The notes under the pieces are model-generated. The model was not told the origin of the DNA and did not search any database. It was given only the letters and a program-made list of their open reading frames with translations. A stretch of 64,000 nucleotides of DNA from Methanomassiliicoccaceae archaeon (lineage in GTDB: Archaea > Thermoplasmatota > Thermoplasmata > Methanomassiliicoccales > Methanomassiliicoccaceae). Of this stretch, positions 40,968 to 51,560 are shown in pieces. The first letter of the stretch is position 1; each line of letters begins with the position of its first letter. Location of the stretch: NCBI GenBank assembly GCA_963728405.1, contig CAVSJV010000017.1:192001-256000 (forward strand), given 5' to 3'. The position numbers were made by a program, and so were the translations under genes.

Positions 40968-42578
40968 TCAGTCATGCGCCCCCGCGCGGCCGTTGGTCCT
41001 GCTCTCATCCTCGGTCTCGGTACGATCGAGCATGCATCCTACGAACAGGGCGCCTATGGAGATCGGGAGCGCGATGACTATGGGGTCGACCGCTTGCCAG
41101 GGCATGCTTAGTACGGCGGGAGTGCCGAAAAAGAACTGACTGAGCCCGAGGGCCGACGATTCCTTGACGTGTACGAAGGCTGTCCAAACGAACCAACTTA
41201 TGCTTCCAAGACCGAGGGACAGTTTGGCAGCCAGTGCCGATGGTCTCTTACTGAACAGCCCATGAACGAAGGCCGGCAGGAAGGCGCAGGCGCACAACCC
41301 CATGAACATGGCCGTCGCCCTTGCAATGATGCTTCCGGGCATGATATACGCGAGACCCACGCTCGCTACTATCATGACTACAGCTCCCACCTTGTTCGCT
41401 CTTAGAGAAGGAGCCATGAGCGCAGATGAGGAGGCCCGGCCCCTCTTGATGTGCGCCCATAGATCAAAGCCAGCAGTGGTACCCATGGCATGGAATATCG
41501 CGCTCAGGGTGCTCATGGCCGCGGCCAGCAGGACGAGCATGAAGATCACTACGAACAGATCGGGCATGGCCGAGTTAATGAACAACGGCATGATGTTATC
41601 GGCATTATTATTGGCCGCCACGATCGAGATCTTGCCCAGGGTGTTGTAGAAGTAGACATTGGTCAGAGGCCCGACAGTATAGACGATGCCCGTTGTGAGC
41701 AGTATGAATAGTCCACCTACCGGTATTGCTCGGTTAAGGGCCTTGTCATCCTTAGCGGTCATGAATCGGACCACCAGCTGGGGCTGGGCCAGCACACCGA
41801 TGCCCACGCCCATTATGATGGTGGTGATCAGGGTCAGCCATATTTCTGAACCGAACTGCGGCATGGCCGTCCAGCTGGTCATCCCCTTGCTAGTCAGAGA
41901 GGCAGGAATCTGCGGAGAGAGATTGGACAAGTTAGTGAAGGCAGTGGTGGGGTCCCCCAGGAGCAGGAAGGTAAGGAAGAGTAGGACGACCATGCCCACG
42001 ATCATGATGACGCCTTGCATAGCATCAGTGTACATGACCGCGATGAGACCGCCGAATATGACATATACGGCAGTAATGACAGCAAAGGCCAGGAGGGCGA
42101 GGTTGAAATCGACCCCCAAGGTGGTCTCTACGAACCTCGAGCCCCCGATGAGCACCGCAGCCGCATAAAGAGGCATGGCGATCAGAATGATGATGGCAGA
42201 GGCGTACTGCATGAAAGATGAATTGAACCGCTTGCCCATCAGGTCGGGAAAGGTGACCGCCTTCAACCGCTTTCCGAGCTGCCTGGTCCGCTTGCCGAAC
42301 ACGATGAACGCCAGCAGTATACCTACTCCGATGTTGAGCATGGCCAGCCAGATCAAGCCCATACCGTAGAGGGCGGCGATGCCCCCAAAGCCTACGATGG
42401 CAGAAGTGCTGATGAACGTTGCCCCATAGGAAAGACCTAGGATCCAGGGATGGATCTTACGGCCGGCCAGCATGAAGTCCTCGGAGGCCTTGGTCTTCTT
42501 GTAACCCAGATAGCCGAGAAACAGGGTAGCCGCGATATAGATGGTGGCGAAGGCCCAGAATGTGGTGGTGTCGATCAT
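40968..42578 (-). CDS. Sodium:solute symporter family protein
   Basis: ATFISTSAIVGFGG, GGLIAV.YTDA.QG, AQPQLVVRFM, AAAMSTLS. Confidence 0.92.
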   Translation of the reverse strand: MIDTTTFWAFATIYIAATLFLGYLGYKKTKASEDFMLAGRKIHPWILGLSYGATFISTSAIVGFGGIAALYGMGLIWLAMLNIGVGILLAFIVFGKRTRQLGKRLKAVTFPDLMGKRFNSSFMQYASAIIILIAMPLYAAAVLIGGSRFVETTLGVDFNLALLAFAVITAVYVIFGGLIAVMYTDAMQGVIMIVGMVVLLFLTFLLLGDPTTAFTNLSNLSPQIPASLTSKGMTSWTAMPQFGSEIWLTLITTIIMGVGIGVLAQPQLVVRFMTAKDDKALNRAIPVGGLFILLTTGIVYTVGPLTNVYFYNTLGKISIVAANNNADNIMPLFINSAMPDLFVVIFMLVLLAAAMSTLSAIFHAMGTTAGFDLWAHIKRGRASSSALMAPSLRANKVGAVVMIVASVGLAYIMPGSIIARATAMFMGLCACAFLPAFVHGLFSKRPSALAAKLSLGLGSISWFVWTAFVHVKESSALGLSQFFFGTPAVLSMPWQAVDPIVIALPISIGALFVGCMLDRTETEDESRTNGRAGAHD

Positions 42579-42579
42579 C

Positions 42580-42696
42580 TCAATCCTCTTCCACAAGCTC
42601 GTTCCGCTTCCACCATCCGTAGATGATGCAAACTATCGCCAAACCAATGGCCAGGCCGTACCCGGTCAATATCCAAGGGTCATCAATGCCAAACAT
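42580..42696 (-). CDS. Symporter small accessory membrane peptide (38 aa)
   Basis: MFGIDDPWI..GY.L.I.....CIIYGWWKRN, directly upstream of the symporter. Confidence 0.8.
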   Translation of the reverse strand: MFGIDDPWILTGYGLAIGLAIVCIIYGWWKRNELVEED

Positions 42697-42843
42697 GGGC
42701 CTCTTCCTTCTTTTGTCACCTAGAAAGGGATGCCTAGGATTGCGATACGGTCCCCCTTTCCTCCGGTTTCTGGAATCACAGTTCGAGTATATTAAGTGTG
42801 CCGTGTTAGTCCGGCTCACGCTAGCAATTAGCAGCGTTATGAT

Positions 42844-43275
42844 TCAAGTGAACTGAGATATCTCAAGTAGCTTCGCACCAGCATCCAGCAGCTTCTTGAC
42901 CGCGGTGTCGATCTCCTCCACTCGCATGATCAATAGGGCACATTTGCGGCCGGAGTAAGCATAGGAATATTCGATATTGATCCCCGCCTCTCCTAGGATA
43001 TTGATGGCCTCGTAAAGTCCACCCGGGCGGTCCTCCATCTCCACGGCGAGCACATCGGTGTACCGTACCGTAAACCCGATGGAGCGAAGCTTCTCCAGGG
43101 CCTTTTCCGGCTTGTCGACCAAGGTCCTGATGACCCCATAGCCGGCACCCTCGGCGATGGAGAAGGCGAAGATGTTGACATTCTCCTCCTTCATGGCCTT
43201 CGCGACCGCCGCCAGTCGCCCGGGGCGGTTCTCCGAGAAGATGGATAGCTGCTTGACGTGATAATTCTCGTACAT
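42844..43275 (-). CDS. Tandem ACT-domain protein
   Basis: QLSIF.ENRPGRL, DRPGGL, INIEYSYA; typical partner of the CoA ligase. Confidence 0.9.
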   Translation of the reverse strand: MYENYHVKQLSIFSENRPGRLAAVAKAMKEENVNIFAFSIAEGAGYGVIRTLVDKPEKALEKLRSIGFTVRYTDVLAVEMEDRPGGLYEAINILGEAGINIEYSYAYSGRKCALLIMRVEEIDTAVKKLLDAGAKLLEISQFT

Positions 43276-44573
43276 CAGATGTCCCTCTTGTCCACCACAA
43301 ATTTCGATTTACCTTCATATCTGGGCAGAGTGCCCGGCTCCACCAGCTCCACCGTCGCTCCAACATTAAGAGCGTTCTTCAGACGATAGGATATCCTTTC
43401 TCTGATGTCCATCAGCTGGATGATGTTGTCGGTGAACGCCTCCCGCTTCAGCTCGACCTTCACCAGCATGGAGTCCAACGCTCCCTTGCGCTCCACAACG
43501 ATCTGGAAGTGCTCTCCGACCTCTGGCACGGACAAGAGGGTGTGCTGGACCTGCGATGGGAATACATTGATGCCACGGATGATGAGCATGTCGTCCACCC
43601 GGCCGTAGATGCGCTGGATGCGTGGATGACTGCGACCGCAGGGACATGGCTCCGGATCGATGGACGAGATATCCCCGATCTTGAACCGGACGATGGGCAG
43701 CGCCTCCTTCTGCAGCATGGTGATCACCAGCTCGCCCCTTTCCCCGGGCGCCACCGGCTCTCCTTGGGGATCCAGGACCTCGATGTAGGCGAGGTCCCCC
43801 CATACATGTATGCCGTTCTGCTCCGAGCACTCCGTGAAAAGCGGCCCTGACAGTTCCGAGGTCCCGTAACAGTTGTACCCTTTGACCCCAAGCCACCCCT
43901 CTATGCGGTCCCTCATCTTTACCGACCAGGGCTCCCCGCCCAATAGGCCGACCTTCAGCTTGGTGTCCTTCTTGATGGACACCCCCATCTTCTCCGCCAC
44001 CTCACCGAGATGGAGGAGATAGGAAGGCGTGGCGGCCATGGCAGTGACCCCGAGGTCCTGTATGAGCTCGATCTGCCGTTCGGTGTTGCCGGTGGAAGCG
44101 GGGACTACGGCCGCCCCGATCCTCTCCGCAGCGTAGTGGAATCCCAGCCCTCCGCTGAACAGACCGTAGGTGTTGCTAACCTGAATCACGTCGTCGGAGG
44201 TGAGCCCGATGGAGCTCAGGGACCGGCCGAGCGAAGTCGCCCAGTTGTCGATATCGTTCCGGGTGTAGCCGACGATGGTAGGTTTTCCGGTCGTTCCAGA
44301 AGACACGTGGTAGCGCACGACCTCCTTCTTCGGTACGGCAAATATCTTATCGGGGTAACCCTCCCGGAGATCCTTCTTTCCCATGAACGGCAGCTTTCTG
44401 ACATCTTTGAGGCTTCTGATGTCGTCAGGGTGCACGTTCGCCGATCTCATCTTGGCATGGTAGAAATCGTTGAAAGAGTACAATCTGTAGGCGAGGGTCT
44501 TCATGAGCCGATATTGGAGGGCTTCGAGCTCCTCCGGCGGCATGTTCTCGATGCGGGGTTCCCAGCACACCAT
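43275..44573 (-). CDS. paaK: Phenylacetate-CoA ligase family protein
   Basis: HVSSGTTGKP, YGLFSGGLG.HY, YG.SELSGP, GRVDDMLIIRG.NVFPSQ; SD GGTGAT before ATG. Confidence 0.9.
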   Translation of the reverse strand: MVCWEPRIENMPPEELEALQYRLMKTLAYRLYSFNDFYHAKMRSANVHPDDIRSLKDVRKLPFMGKKDLREGYPDKIFAVPKKEVVRYHVSSGTTGKPTIVGYTRNDIDNWATSLGRSLSSIGLTSDDVIQVSNTYGLFSGGLGFHYAAERIGAAVVPASTGNTERQIELIQDLGVTAMAATPSYLLHLGEVAEKMGVSIKKDTKLKVGLLGGEPWSVKMRDRIEGWLGVKGYNCYGTSELSGPLFTECSEQNGIHVWGDLAYIEVLDPQGEPVAPGERGELVITMLQKEALPIVRFKIGDISSIDPEPCPCGRSHPRIQRIYGRVDDMLIIRGINVFPSQVQHTLLSVPEVGEHFQIVVERKGALDSMLVKVELKREAFTDNIIQLMDIRERISYRLKNALNVGATVELVEPGTLPRYEGKSKFVVDKRDI

Positions 44574-44785
44574 TGGCATATCACCATGAGGGGCGGTCGG
44601 TGTTGTAAGAAGATCCGTGACCAGACCGCCCCGCAACGGCCAGCACCCGATCTTTGGCCGGCCTGACTGACCCGGCTCAGTGTGTTAGGTGATAGCATGT
44701 AGCATTAATAGAGTTTGTCGAAGTGAACATATACCGTCGCATTTGGGCGGAACATTCATTGCCAAGGCATCGTTATCTTATCCTC

Positions 44786-45082
44786 ATGGTCGACAAGCTC
44801 GATTACCTGTACGCGATGATCGATGATCTCGATGATGACCTTTCAGCGATGCAAGAGGACCTGGAGACCGTCCTGGAACTCCTCGAGGAGGGGGACGTCA
44901 AGAAAGCCAAGATCATCCTGGAAGAGATGAACAACTTCCTGGCTGATTTCCTCGAGCCCGAAGAGTGCGTTGACGAGGAGTGCGAGTGCGTGGTCATTGA
45001 GGAGGAGCCTGAAGAGGAGCCGGCCAAGAAGCCCGAACCCAAGAAGGGCGGGAATCCCAAGCAGGCGCCCAAGAAGAAGTGA
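44786..45082 (+). CDS. Small, highly acidic hypothetical protein with Cys cluster and basic tail
   Basis: Helical N-terminus, EECVDEECECVVIEEE, KKPEPKKGGNPKQAPKKK; T-tract after the stop. Confidence 0.7.
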   Translation: MVDKLDYLYAMIDDLDDDLSAMQEDLETVLELLEEGDVKKAKIILEEMNNFLADFLEPEECVDEECECVVIEEEPEEEPAKKPEPKKGGNPKQAPKKK

Positions 45083-45173
45083 GGGTTGTCCCTCCGTTCT
45101 TCCATCGCCTCGCCCCATTTTCATTTTTTATCAGGCGAGGCCGCACACTTACTGCTTTCCGATCAATTTTAAT

Positions 45174-46232
45174 TTAGATGGTACAGTGGTCGGTGGAACA
45201 CTTGAGCACCAGATCCTCGACCACCGATGTAGCACGATCGACGTCCGCGGCGGTGATCCCATAGTGCGTAACCATCCTGATCAGGTGCGGACCGAAGGTG
45301 GAGACGGCCAGTCCGCTCTGTCCGGCGCGGGCCTGGAAGTCGGTGGGTTCGAGCCCTGTCCCCGAGATGTCGACCACCACGATATTGGTCTGGACCGTGG
45401 ACATGTCGATCTTTAGCATGTCCAGGACGCTCAGCGCCTTGGCCAGCTTTTTGGCGTTATCGTGATCCTCCTTCAACCTGGAGACCATCTTGTTCAGGGC
45501 CACGATGCCCGGCGCGGCGATAATGCCCGCCTGACGCATCCCGCCGCCCAGCATCTTGCGGTTCTTGCGCGCTGCCTCGATGAACTCGGTGCTGCCGACC
45601 ACCATGGAGCCGATCGGGCAGCTGAGGCCCTTGGACAGACAGAACTGGATCGAATCGACATGCCTGGCGTAGTCGCTAACCTTGATATCCAAGGCCACCG
45701 CGGCGTTGAATATCCTTGCACCATCAATGTGCACCTTCATGCCCAGCTCGTGGGCCGTCCTGGCGACCTCGGCCACTTGGGACGGCTTCCAGCAGGTGCC
45801 CCCGGCCCGATTGTGGGTGTTCTCGATCTCCAGCAGCTTGGAGGGCGGGAAGTGCAGGTCTTTACCTCTGGCCGCTTCCCTGACCTGCTGGCCGGTGAAG
45901 ATACCGTGGTCACCCCTGATCAGGCGGGGAATGGTACCAGCCACCGCGGAGATGCCCCCTACCTCATAGAAGTATAGGTGGGCTTCCGACTCCAGGATTA
46001 TCTCGTCGCCCGGGCGGCAGTGAGACATCACCGAGACCAGATTTCCCTGGGTCCCGCTCGTTACCAGTAAGGCGGCCTCCGTTCCGAACATCCTGGCCGC
46101 CAGCTCCTGAAGCCTGTTCACGGTAGGATCGTCTTGGGATACGTCATCGCCCAGCTCGGCCTGGGAGATCGATTCCATCATCTCCGGGGTGGGCAGGGTG
46201 ACCGTGTCGCTCCTGAGGTCGATGAGCTTCAT
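45174..46232 (-). CDS. ltaE: Low-specificity L-threonine aldolase
   Basis: DLRSDTVT.PT, SGTQGNL, ENTHN, HIDGARIFNA, CLSKGL..PIGS, GGGMRQAG. Confidence 0.93.
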   Translation of the reverse strand: MKLIDLRSDTVTLPTPEMMESISQAELGDDVSQDDPTVNRLQELAARMFGTEAALLVTSGTQGNLVSVMSHCRPGDEIILESEAHLYFYEVGGISAVAGTIPRLIRGDHGIFTGQQVREAARGKDLHFPPSKLLEIENTHNRAGGTCWKPSQVAEVARTAHELGMKVHIDGARIFNAAVALDIKVSDYARHVDSIQFCLSKGLSCPIGSMVVGSTEFIEAARKNRKMLGGGMRQAGIIAAPGIVALNKMVSRLKEDHDNAKKLAKALSVLDMLKIDMSTVQTNIVVVDISGTGLEPTDFQARAGQSGLAVSTFGPHLIRMVTHYGITAADVDRATSVVEDLVLKCSTDHCTI

Positions 46233-46324
46233 TTAGATTTCTCCGACCACTCTGACGAGCGTGGTCGGACCGTTGAGCCCAACTTCATTAATAACTATTG
46301 CGTTACAAGACAATTGAGTCAATA

Positions 46325-46741
46325 TCATTTCTTCCCGGCCTTACCTATCTTCCTCAGATTGACCAACTCCTCTTCGACCTCGTGAATGCAGACGCTTCGC
46401 CGAGCATCATTTCGCTCCAGTCCACTGAGAGATAACAAAAGGATCACGAAAGCCGCCAAGCTCAGGGCCCCGGCGTACAGAATTACCAACAGCAGATCGC
46501 CCAGCGCTAGCAGTGCGATCGGTAACAGGATGGCCTCGGCCAGCAGCATTACGGTCAGTGCGTCCAGTTCCCTCCGGACGATATCCTGGAATTCCTTCGA
46601 ACGATCCTGCTTACGACGCTCATTGACAAGAGCCAGTTCCAGCTTGACCCGGGCGGCCTGAGCGAATGCCCCCGACATACTGCCATCAAGCGACACAGCC
46701 TGTTTCACACTAACCTTCACCGAATCGGCCGAGGGGACCAT
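46325..46741 (-). CDS. Hypothetical membrane protein
   Basis: Two hydrophobic segments; no recognised motif. Confidence 0.5.
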   Translation of the reverse strand: MVPSADSVKVSVKQAVSLDGSMSGAFAQAARVKLELALVNERRKQDRSKEFQDIVRRELDALTVMLLAEAILLPIALLALGDLLLVILYAGALSLAAFVILLLSLSGLERNDARRSVCIHEVEEELVNLRKIGKAGKK

Positions 46742-46803
46742 ATAACTTCCCGACGGGTTGAGAACTGAGATATAGCAATGAGGCCCATCCCGGCGACGAG
46801 ACG

Positions 46804-46986
46804 ATGAAGAGACAGCTCCTGGATATCCTGGCCTGCCCGGTCTGCAAGTACCATCCGCTTCAGTTAGAGGCCACCATAGAAAATGATAAGGGCGTGGCGG
46901 AGGGCAAACTCACCTGCCCCCGGTGTAGGATCGACTATCCGATCATCGATAGCATCCCTGACCTGATACCGCCCGATACGAAGTAG
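46804..46986 (+). CDS. Trm112 family methyltransferase activator
   Basis: LLDILACPVCK..PL, G.L.CP.C...YPI.D.IP.L. Confidence 0.9.
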   Translation: MKRQLLDILACPVCKYHPLQLEATIENDKGVAEGKLTCPRCRIDYPIIDSIPDLIPPDTK

Positions 46987-46990
46987 TGGT

Positions 46991-48146
46991 CTAGAGCTTG
47001 GCCAGCGCTTCCTTCATCCTGGTCATTCCTTCTTTGATGTCCTTTCTGGAACAGGCATAGGAGACGCGGAAATGCCCTTCTCCGGACGGACCAAAGGCCG
47101 AACCAGGCGTAACGGCGACATGCGCCTTCTCCAATAGATAGGCGGCCATGTCCTCTGAGCCAATCTTCGCATCGTACGAAGGGAAGAGGTAGAAGGCGCC
47201 GGCAGGCTCCGGGCAATGTAACGATGGTATCTCTTTTACGAGCGACATTATGAGGTCTCGGCGGGCCCGGAACTCCTCGACCATCTTTTCGACGGACCCC
47301 TGGGGACCGTTGAGCGCCTCAACTCCCGCCTTCTGGACAAAGGATGTGACGCAGGTCAATGAATGGGTCTGGAGAGTGTTCAGCGACTTGATGATCGGGA
47401 CCGGTGCCACAGCCCAGCCCAGCCTCCAGCCGGTCATGGCATAGGTCTTGGAGACGCCGTTCACGGTGATGGTTCGCTCGAACATGCCGTCCAAGGCAGC
47501 AATGGAGTGGTGCTTCCCTTCGAAGATGACCTTTTCGTAGACCTCATCGCTCAGGACCAAAAGGTCATGGTCCTTTGACAGGTCGGCGATGCCCTTTACG
47601 TCCTCTTCGGTGAGCACCGAACCGGTCGGGTTGGCCGGGGAATTGAGAAGGACCATCTTGGTCTTGGGGCCGATCTTCTCGGCCACCTTCTCGGGGGTCA
47701 TCCGATAGGCGTATTCGGCATCCAGATGGACGAACTTAGGTATCCCGCCTGCCAGCCGCACGCACGCTTCGTAGGTGCCCCAGGTCGGGATCGGGAAGTA
47801 TTACCTCATCGCCCTCGTCGATCATGGCCAGCATGGTCATGAAGATCGCTTGCTTTGTGGGGGTGATGAGCACGTTGGCGTCGGTGCACGGGATGCCGTT
47901 ATCCTTCCGGGCCCTCTCCGCCACCGCTTTTCGTAGTTCCGGGATGCCGGCCGATGGAGTGTAATGAGTGAAATGATCATTGAGCGACCTGATGCAGGCC
48001 TCGTTGATGTTGTCTGGAGTTGCGAAATCAGGCTCTCCCATAGAGAAGGAGACTATGTCAGCTCCTTCCTGCTTGAGCTTGCTCACAATGTTCGCTATCT
48101 TTACTGTCCCCGACTCGGGCACGGTGCTCAGGCGCCTAGCAGCCAT
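46991..48146 (-). CDS. Class I/II PLP aminotransferase (aspartate aminotransferase-like), one frameshift near 47787
   Basis: [41 protein letters not shown]. Confidence 0.9.
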
Positions 48147-48274
48147 CGGACCAAGGAATACGGAGAACCCATTTTATGCTTTCCGTGACCGGCCCAGGGC
48201 ATTATCGGATTCATAGGGGCATTCTAGAAATTTTCAAATACGAGGCAGGAATAACCAGCCATCGGTGTATTAAA

Positions 48275-49183
48275 ATGCCTTTCGAGTTGGACATGTCCAA
48301 GCTCCGGTACGGGACCGACCTCGTGAAGAGAGGATTCGCCAGGATGCAGCAAGGGGGGGTCGTCATGGACGTAACCAACGCTGAGCAGGCCAAGATCGCC
48401 GAGGAAGCCGGTGCGGTGGCGGTCATGGCCCTAGAGCGCGTTCCTGCCGACATCAGGGCGCAGGGTGGCGTGGCCAGGATGTCTGACCCGGCCATGATCG
48501 AACAGATCATCGATTCCGTGACCATCCCCGTTATGGCCAAGTGCAGGATCGGCCACTTCGTGGAAGCGCAGATCCTCGAGTCGCTGGGAGTCGACATGAT
48601 CGACGAGTCCGAGGTGCTGACCCCGGCCGATCCGTTCTATCACGTCATCAAGAGCGGGTTCACCGTCCCCTTCGTTTGCGGCGCAAGGGATCTTGGCGAA
48701 GCGTTGAGACGCATCGACGAGGGAGCGGCCATGATCCGGACCAAGGGGGAGGCCGGCACGGGTAACGTGGTCGAAGCGGTCCGCCACCAGCGGGTCATCA
48801 TGGGCAAGGTCCGCGAACTGAAGGGCAAGGATGAGGATGAGCTCCGGTCTGTGGCCAGGGAAATCCAGGCGCCGTTCTTACTGGTAAAAGAGGTCGCTGG
48901 GCTCCAGAGGCTGCCGGTGATCAACTTCGCTGCGGGGGGCATAGCCACCCCGGCGGACGCCGCGCTCATGATGCAGCTCGGTTCGGACGGGGTGTTCGTC
49001 GGCTCCGGCATCTTCAAGTCCAACAATCCAGCCGAGAGGGCCAAGGCCATCGTAGAAGCGGTCACGCACTACGACGACCCCGCGGTCATCGCCAGCATCT
49101 CCAAGAACCTAGGAGAGGCCATGAGGGGAGTGGAGATTTCCACCATCCCCGCAGACCAGCGCCTGCAAGAGCGGGGCTGGTGA
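48275..49183 (+). CDS. pdxS: Pyridoxal 5'-phosphate synthase lyase subunit
   Basis: [47 protein letters not shown]. Confidence 0.96.
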   Translation: MPFELDMSKLRYGTDLVKRGFARMQQGGVVMDVTNAEQAKIAEEAGAVAVMALERVPADIRAQGGVARMSDPAMIEQIIDSVTIPVMAKCRIGHFVEAQILESLGVDMIDESEVLTPADPFYHVIKSGFTVPFVCGARDLGEALRRIDEGAAMIRTKGEAGTGNVVEAVRHQRVIMGKVRELKGKDEDELRSVAREIQAPFLLVKEVAGLQRLPVINFAAGGIATPADAALMMQLGSDGVFVGSGIFKSNNPAERAKAIVEAVTHYDDPAVIASISKNLGEAMRGVEISTIPADQRLQERGW

Positions 49184-49209
49184 GAAACCCTTTTTCCTTT
49201 TACAAATCT

Positions 49210-49869
49210 TCAGTGGTTCGGATTGTTGACGATCTTGGGCACCGACTGCAATACCTCGGAAACGACTTCGGGTGCTCTCATCTGCCGCGGCCCCAGGGAC
49301 ACTTTGACATCAGCGATCTTGTATACTGGGCTCTTGTAATCGCCCTCCGGGAACCCGCCGATAATGGCCAGCACCGTGCCGGTGGACCGGGTCTCGAACA
49401 TCTCCTTGATGGACCGCTCCTGACCTGATGGGGTCAGAGCGACCACCAGGTCCGCACCCAGGTCCTGGATCAGTTCCTTGAAGCTACGAGAAGTAACCTG
49501 GAACCCCGGAACGCTTCCCCCCTTCAGGAGTGTGCCCATGTCGTTCAGGAATTTGATGTAGTTGGGCGGGATGTCCGCGCCGGGCTCGACCTCGATGACC
49601 TTGTCCCCGCGGGTGTGGACGTAGACCCGCAGCACCCCCTTACGGTTTGGTATGGAGTTCTGGCACAGCGACAGACAGTTGTGCACGATGTCCGCCCTTC
49701 CCCGCCTTCCGCTCTCCGGCAGGGTCTTGACCAGGTCGTGATGGAAGTATGCGTCCAGCACAGCTAAGGAATGCATGGACTGGACGGCCTCCAGCTCCTC
49801 ATCCTTTTCCGCCTTGATCTCAGGCACCAGTTCAAGCTCGGCGTCGGCGAGGACTATGACGACTTTCAC
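49210..49869 (-). CDS. nep1: Nep1/Emg1-like SPOUT rRNA pseudouridine N1-methyltransferase
   Basis: LADAELELVP, LDA..H, RRGRADIVH, VYVHT, IGGFP.G. Confidence 0.78.
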   Translation of the reverse strand: MKVVIVLADAELELVPEIKAEKDEELEAVQSMHSLAVLDAYFHHDLVKTLPESGRRGRADIVHNCLSLCQNSIPNRKGVLRVYVHTRGDKVIEVEPGADIPPNYIKFLNDMGTLLKGGSVPGFQVTSRSFKELIQDLGADLVVALTPSGQERSIKEMFETRSTGTVLAIIGGFPEGDYKSPVYKIADVKVSLGPRQMRAPEVVSEVLQSVPKIVNNPNH

Positions 49870-50939
49870 GATACTACATCCTCTAGCTTGTTCATCACAC
49901 TTGCGTCCTTGATCTCCCTAGCGATGCGCTGCCCGGTGCTCATCCCCGGCTCGATCAGGTCGGAGTATGGTGAGCCCGTGATGAACGGATTGGTCCCGGC
50001 GACGATACGACAGGATATCTCGAAGACCTTGAACTCCAGCTTGTCGGTGACGATGGATTCCAGGCAGAACGGACCGATCAGGCCTCCGAACAGCTCGTAG
50101 CTCTTCTGGATGACGCTTTCCCCCATCTCGAAGACCTTGGATAGCAAGCTCTCCCGTATGACGATGGGGATGTTACCGGTGACCACCAGCGAGGGAAACA
50201 TACCGTGCTTCTTCAGTTCCTCCGTCGATCCCAGCTTGTACAGTTCGTCGATGTTGCTCTCGTCCCGGCGGTCCATGGACAGTAGCTCCAGGGAGCCATT
50301 GCCGACCCGGTAGCCGCGCTGATGCACCGGGGAGTAGAAGTAGTGCAGGTAGTACCTAGTGCCCAGGATGTACTCCTGAATGGTGTAGGATTCCTGGCTC
50401 AGATCAATGCCCATCTTGAACTCCATGTAGTCCTTGGCGATGAAAAAGCCCCTGCCGCCCTTGGCCCCGTTGTACTTGACAAGCACGGGCTCCTTGATCT
50501 CCTTGGCGTCGGCGATCCGCTTGGGCATCTGGATGCCCGCTGACTCCAGCCAAGAGCGCTGGGTGTCCCGGTCCTCTTCCCACTTGAGCACGGCCCGGTT
50601 GCCGAAGGTGGGCACTTCCATGGCCTCGAAGCGCCGCGTTCCCATGTACTCCACGAAGGAGCCATGGGGGATGATTATGACGTTCCTCTCGACCAGCTCA
50701 TCGGCCTTGTCCACGAAGTCATCGTAGCTGTCGAAACGAAGGATCTCATCCGGCTTGGCCAGCGGAAAAGCATCATAGAATTTGGTCTTCTGGTTGACCG
50801 CCAGCCCTAGCGTCTTGAACCCTTCCTTCTTGGCCCCGTTGAAGATCTGAAGGGAAGTATGCGAGCATAAGGTGGCGATGGTGATGTCCTTTGGATCGTA
50901 ATCCTTGAGAAGCTCGAGTATCTTTTTCTTCGGGACCAT
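49866..50939 (-). CDS. purP: PurP family formate-dependent AICAR ligase (ATP-grasp)
   Basis: IATLCSHTSLQI..GAK.EGF, PHGSFVEY, GAKGGRG, VTGN.P...RESLL, GPFCLE, FEIS.RI.AGTN. Confidence 0.9.
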   Translation of the reverse strand: MVPKKKILELLKDYDPKDITIATLCSHTSLQIFNGAKKEGFKTLGLAVNQKTKFYDAFPLAKPDEILRFDSYDDFVDKADELVERNVIIIPHGSFVEYMGTRRFEAMEVPTFGNRAVLKWEEDRDTQRSWLESAGIQMPKRIADAKEIKEPVLVKYNGAKGGRGFFIAKDYMEFKMGIDLSQESYTIQEYILGTRYYLHYFYSPVHQRGYRVGNGSLELLSMDRRDESNIDELYKLGSTEELKKHGMFPSLVVTGNIPIVIRESLLSKVFEMGESVIQKSYELFGGLIGPFCLESIVTDKLEFKVFEISCRIVAGTNPFITGSPYSDLIEPGMSTGQRIAREIKDASVMNKLEDVVS

Positions 50940-51002
50940 AAGAACAGATTTCGAACCTTTATGATAAACTTTTCCTAGGTCACTTTATGATGGGCTCTGG
51001 GG

Positions 51003-51540
51003 TCAGACCAGCTGAACTCCCAAGAGCAGGAACGAGTCAGTAGACCGCAACCGCCCGGGTAATCCCCGCCAGGAAGTTGGTCAGGGCGAACCACCGGAGC
51101 TTCATCACGCCCTCTTTGTTGAATAAGGCGAAGAGGTAGATGGGCACGGTGTCCACCATGAGAGGTATGCTGAGTATCACATAGAGGCCGACATAGCGGG
51201 CCCAGGCCACAAAGCGTCGCATCAGCTCCAGGAACCAACGGAAGAATCGGCGCTTCGTAGTTAGGCGATCGAAACTATTGTTCAACCTGTCCCCCAAAAG
51301 GAAGACGATGACGGCCCCGACCGCCTTTCCCGACCCCAGCACCAGGGCCTTTATCACGATGGAAGTTTCCGGACTGAAGAACAGGCCGATCTCCACCGGA
51401 ATGGGAAGAAAGACCGTAGCGGCTACCGCGTAGATGAAGAAGACAACACTATAGGCCACCGGGTCTTTGGACAGGCCCTTCAAGAAATTGGATGAGGCCT
51501 TGGATAGGGTCCACGCATCAAGGAGCAGGTTAGATAGCAA
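51003..51540 (-). CDS. DedA/VTT-like membrane protein, paralog 2 (probable frameshift near 51035)
   Basis: LPIPVEIGL..SPET...YVGLY.ILSIP...DTVP.YLF; shifted frame ends SFLLLGVQLV*, matching the paralog's FYLLGVKLI*. Confidence 0.7.
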
Positions 51541-51560
51541 TAACGATTACGGTCAGCGGG

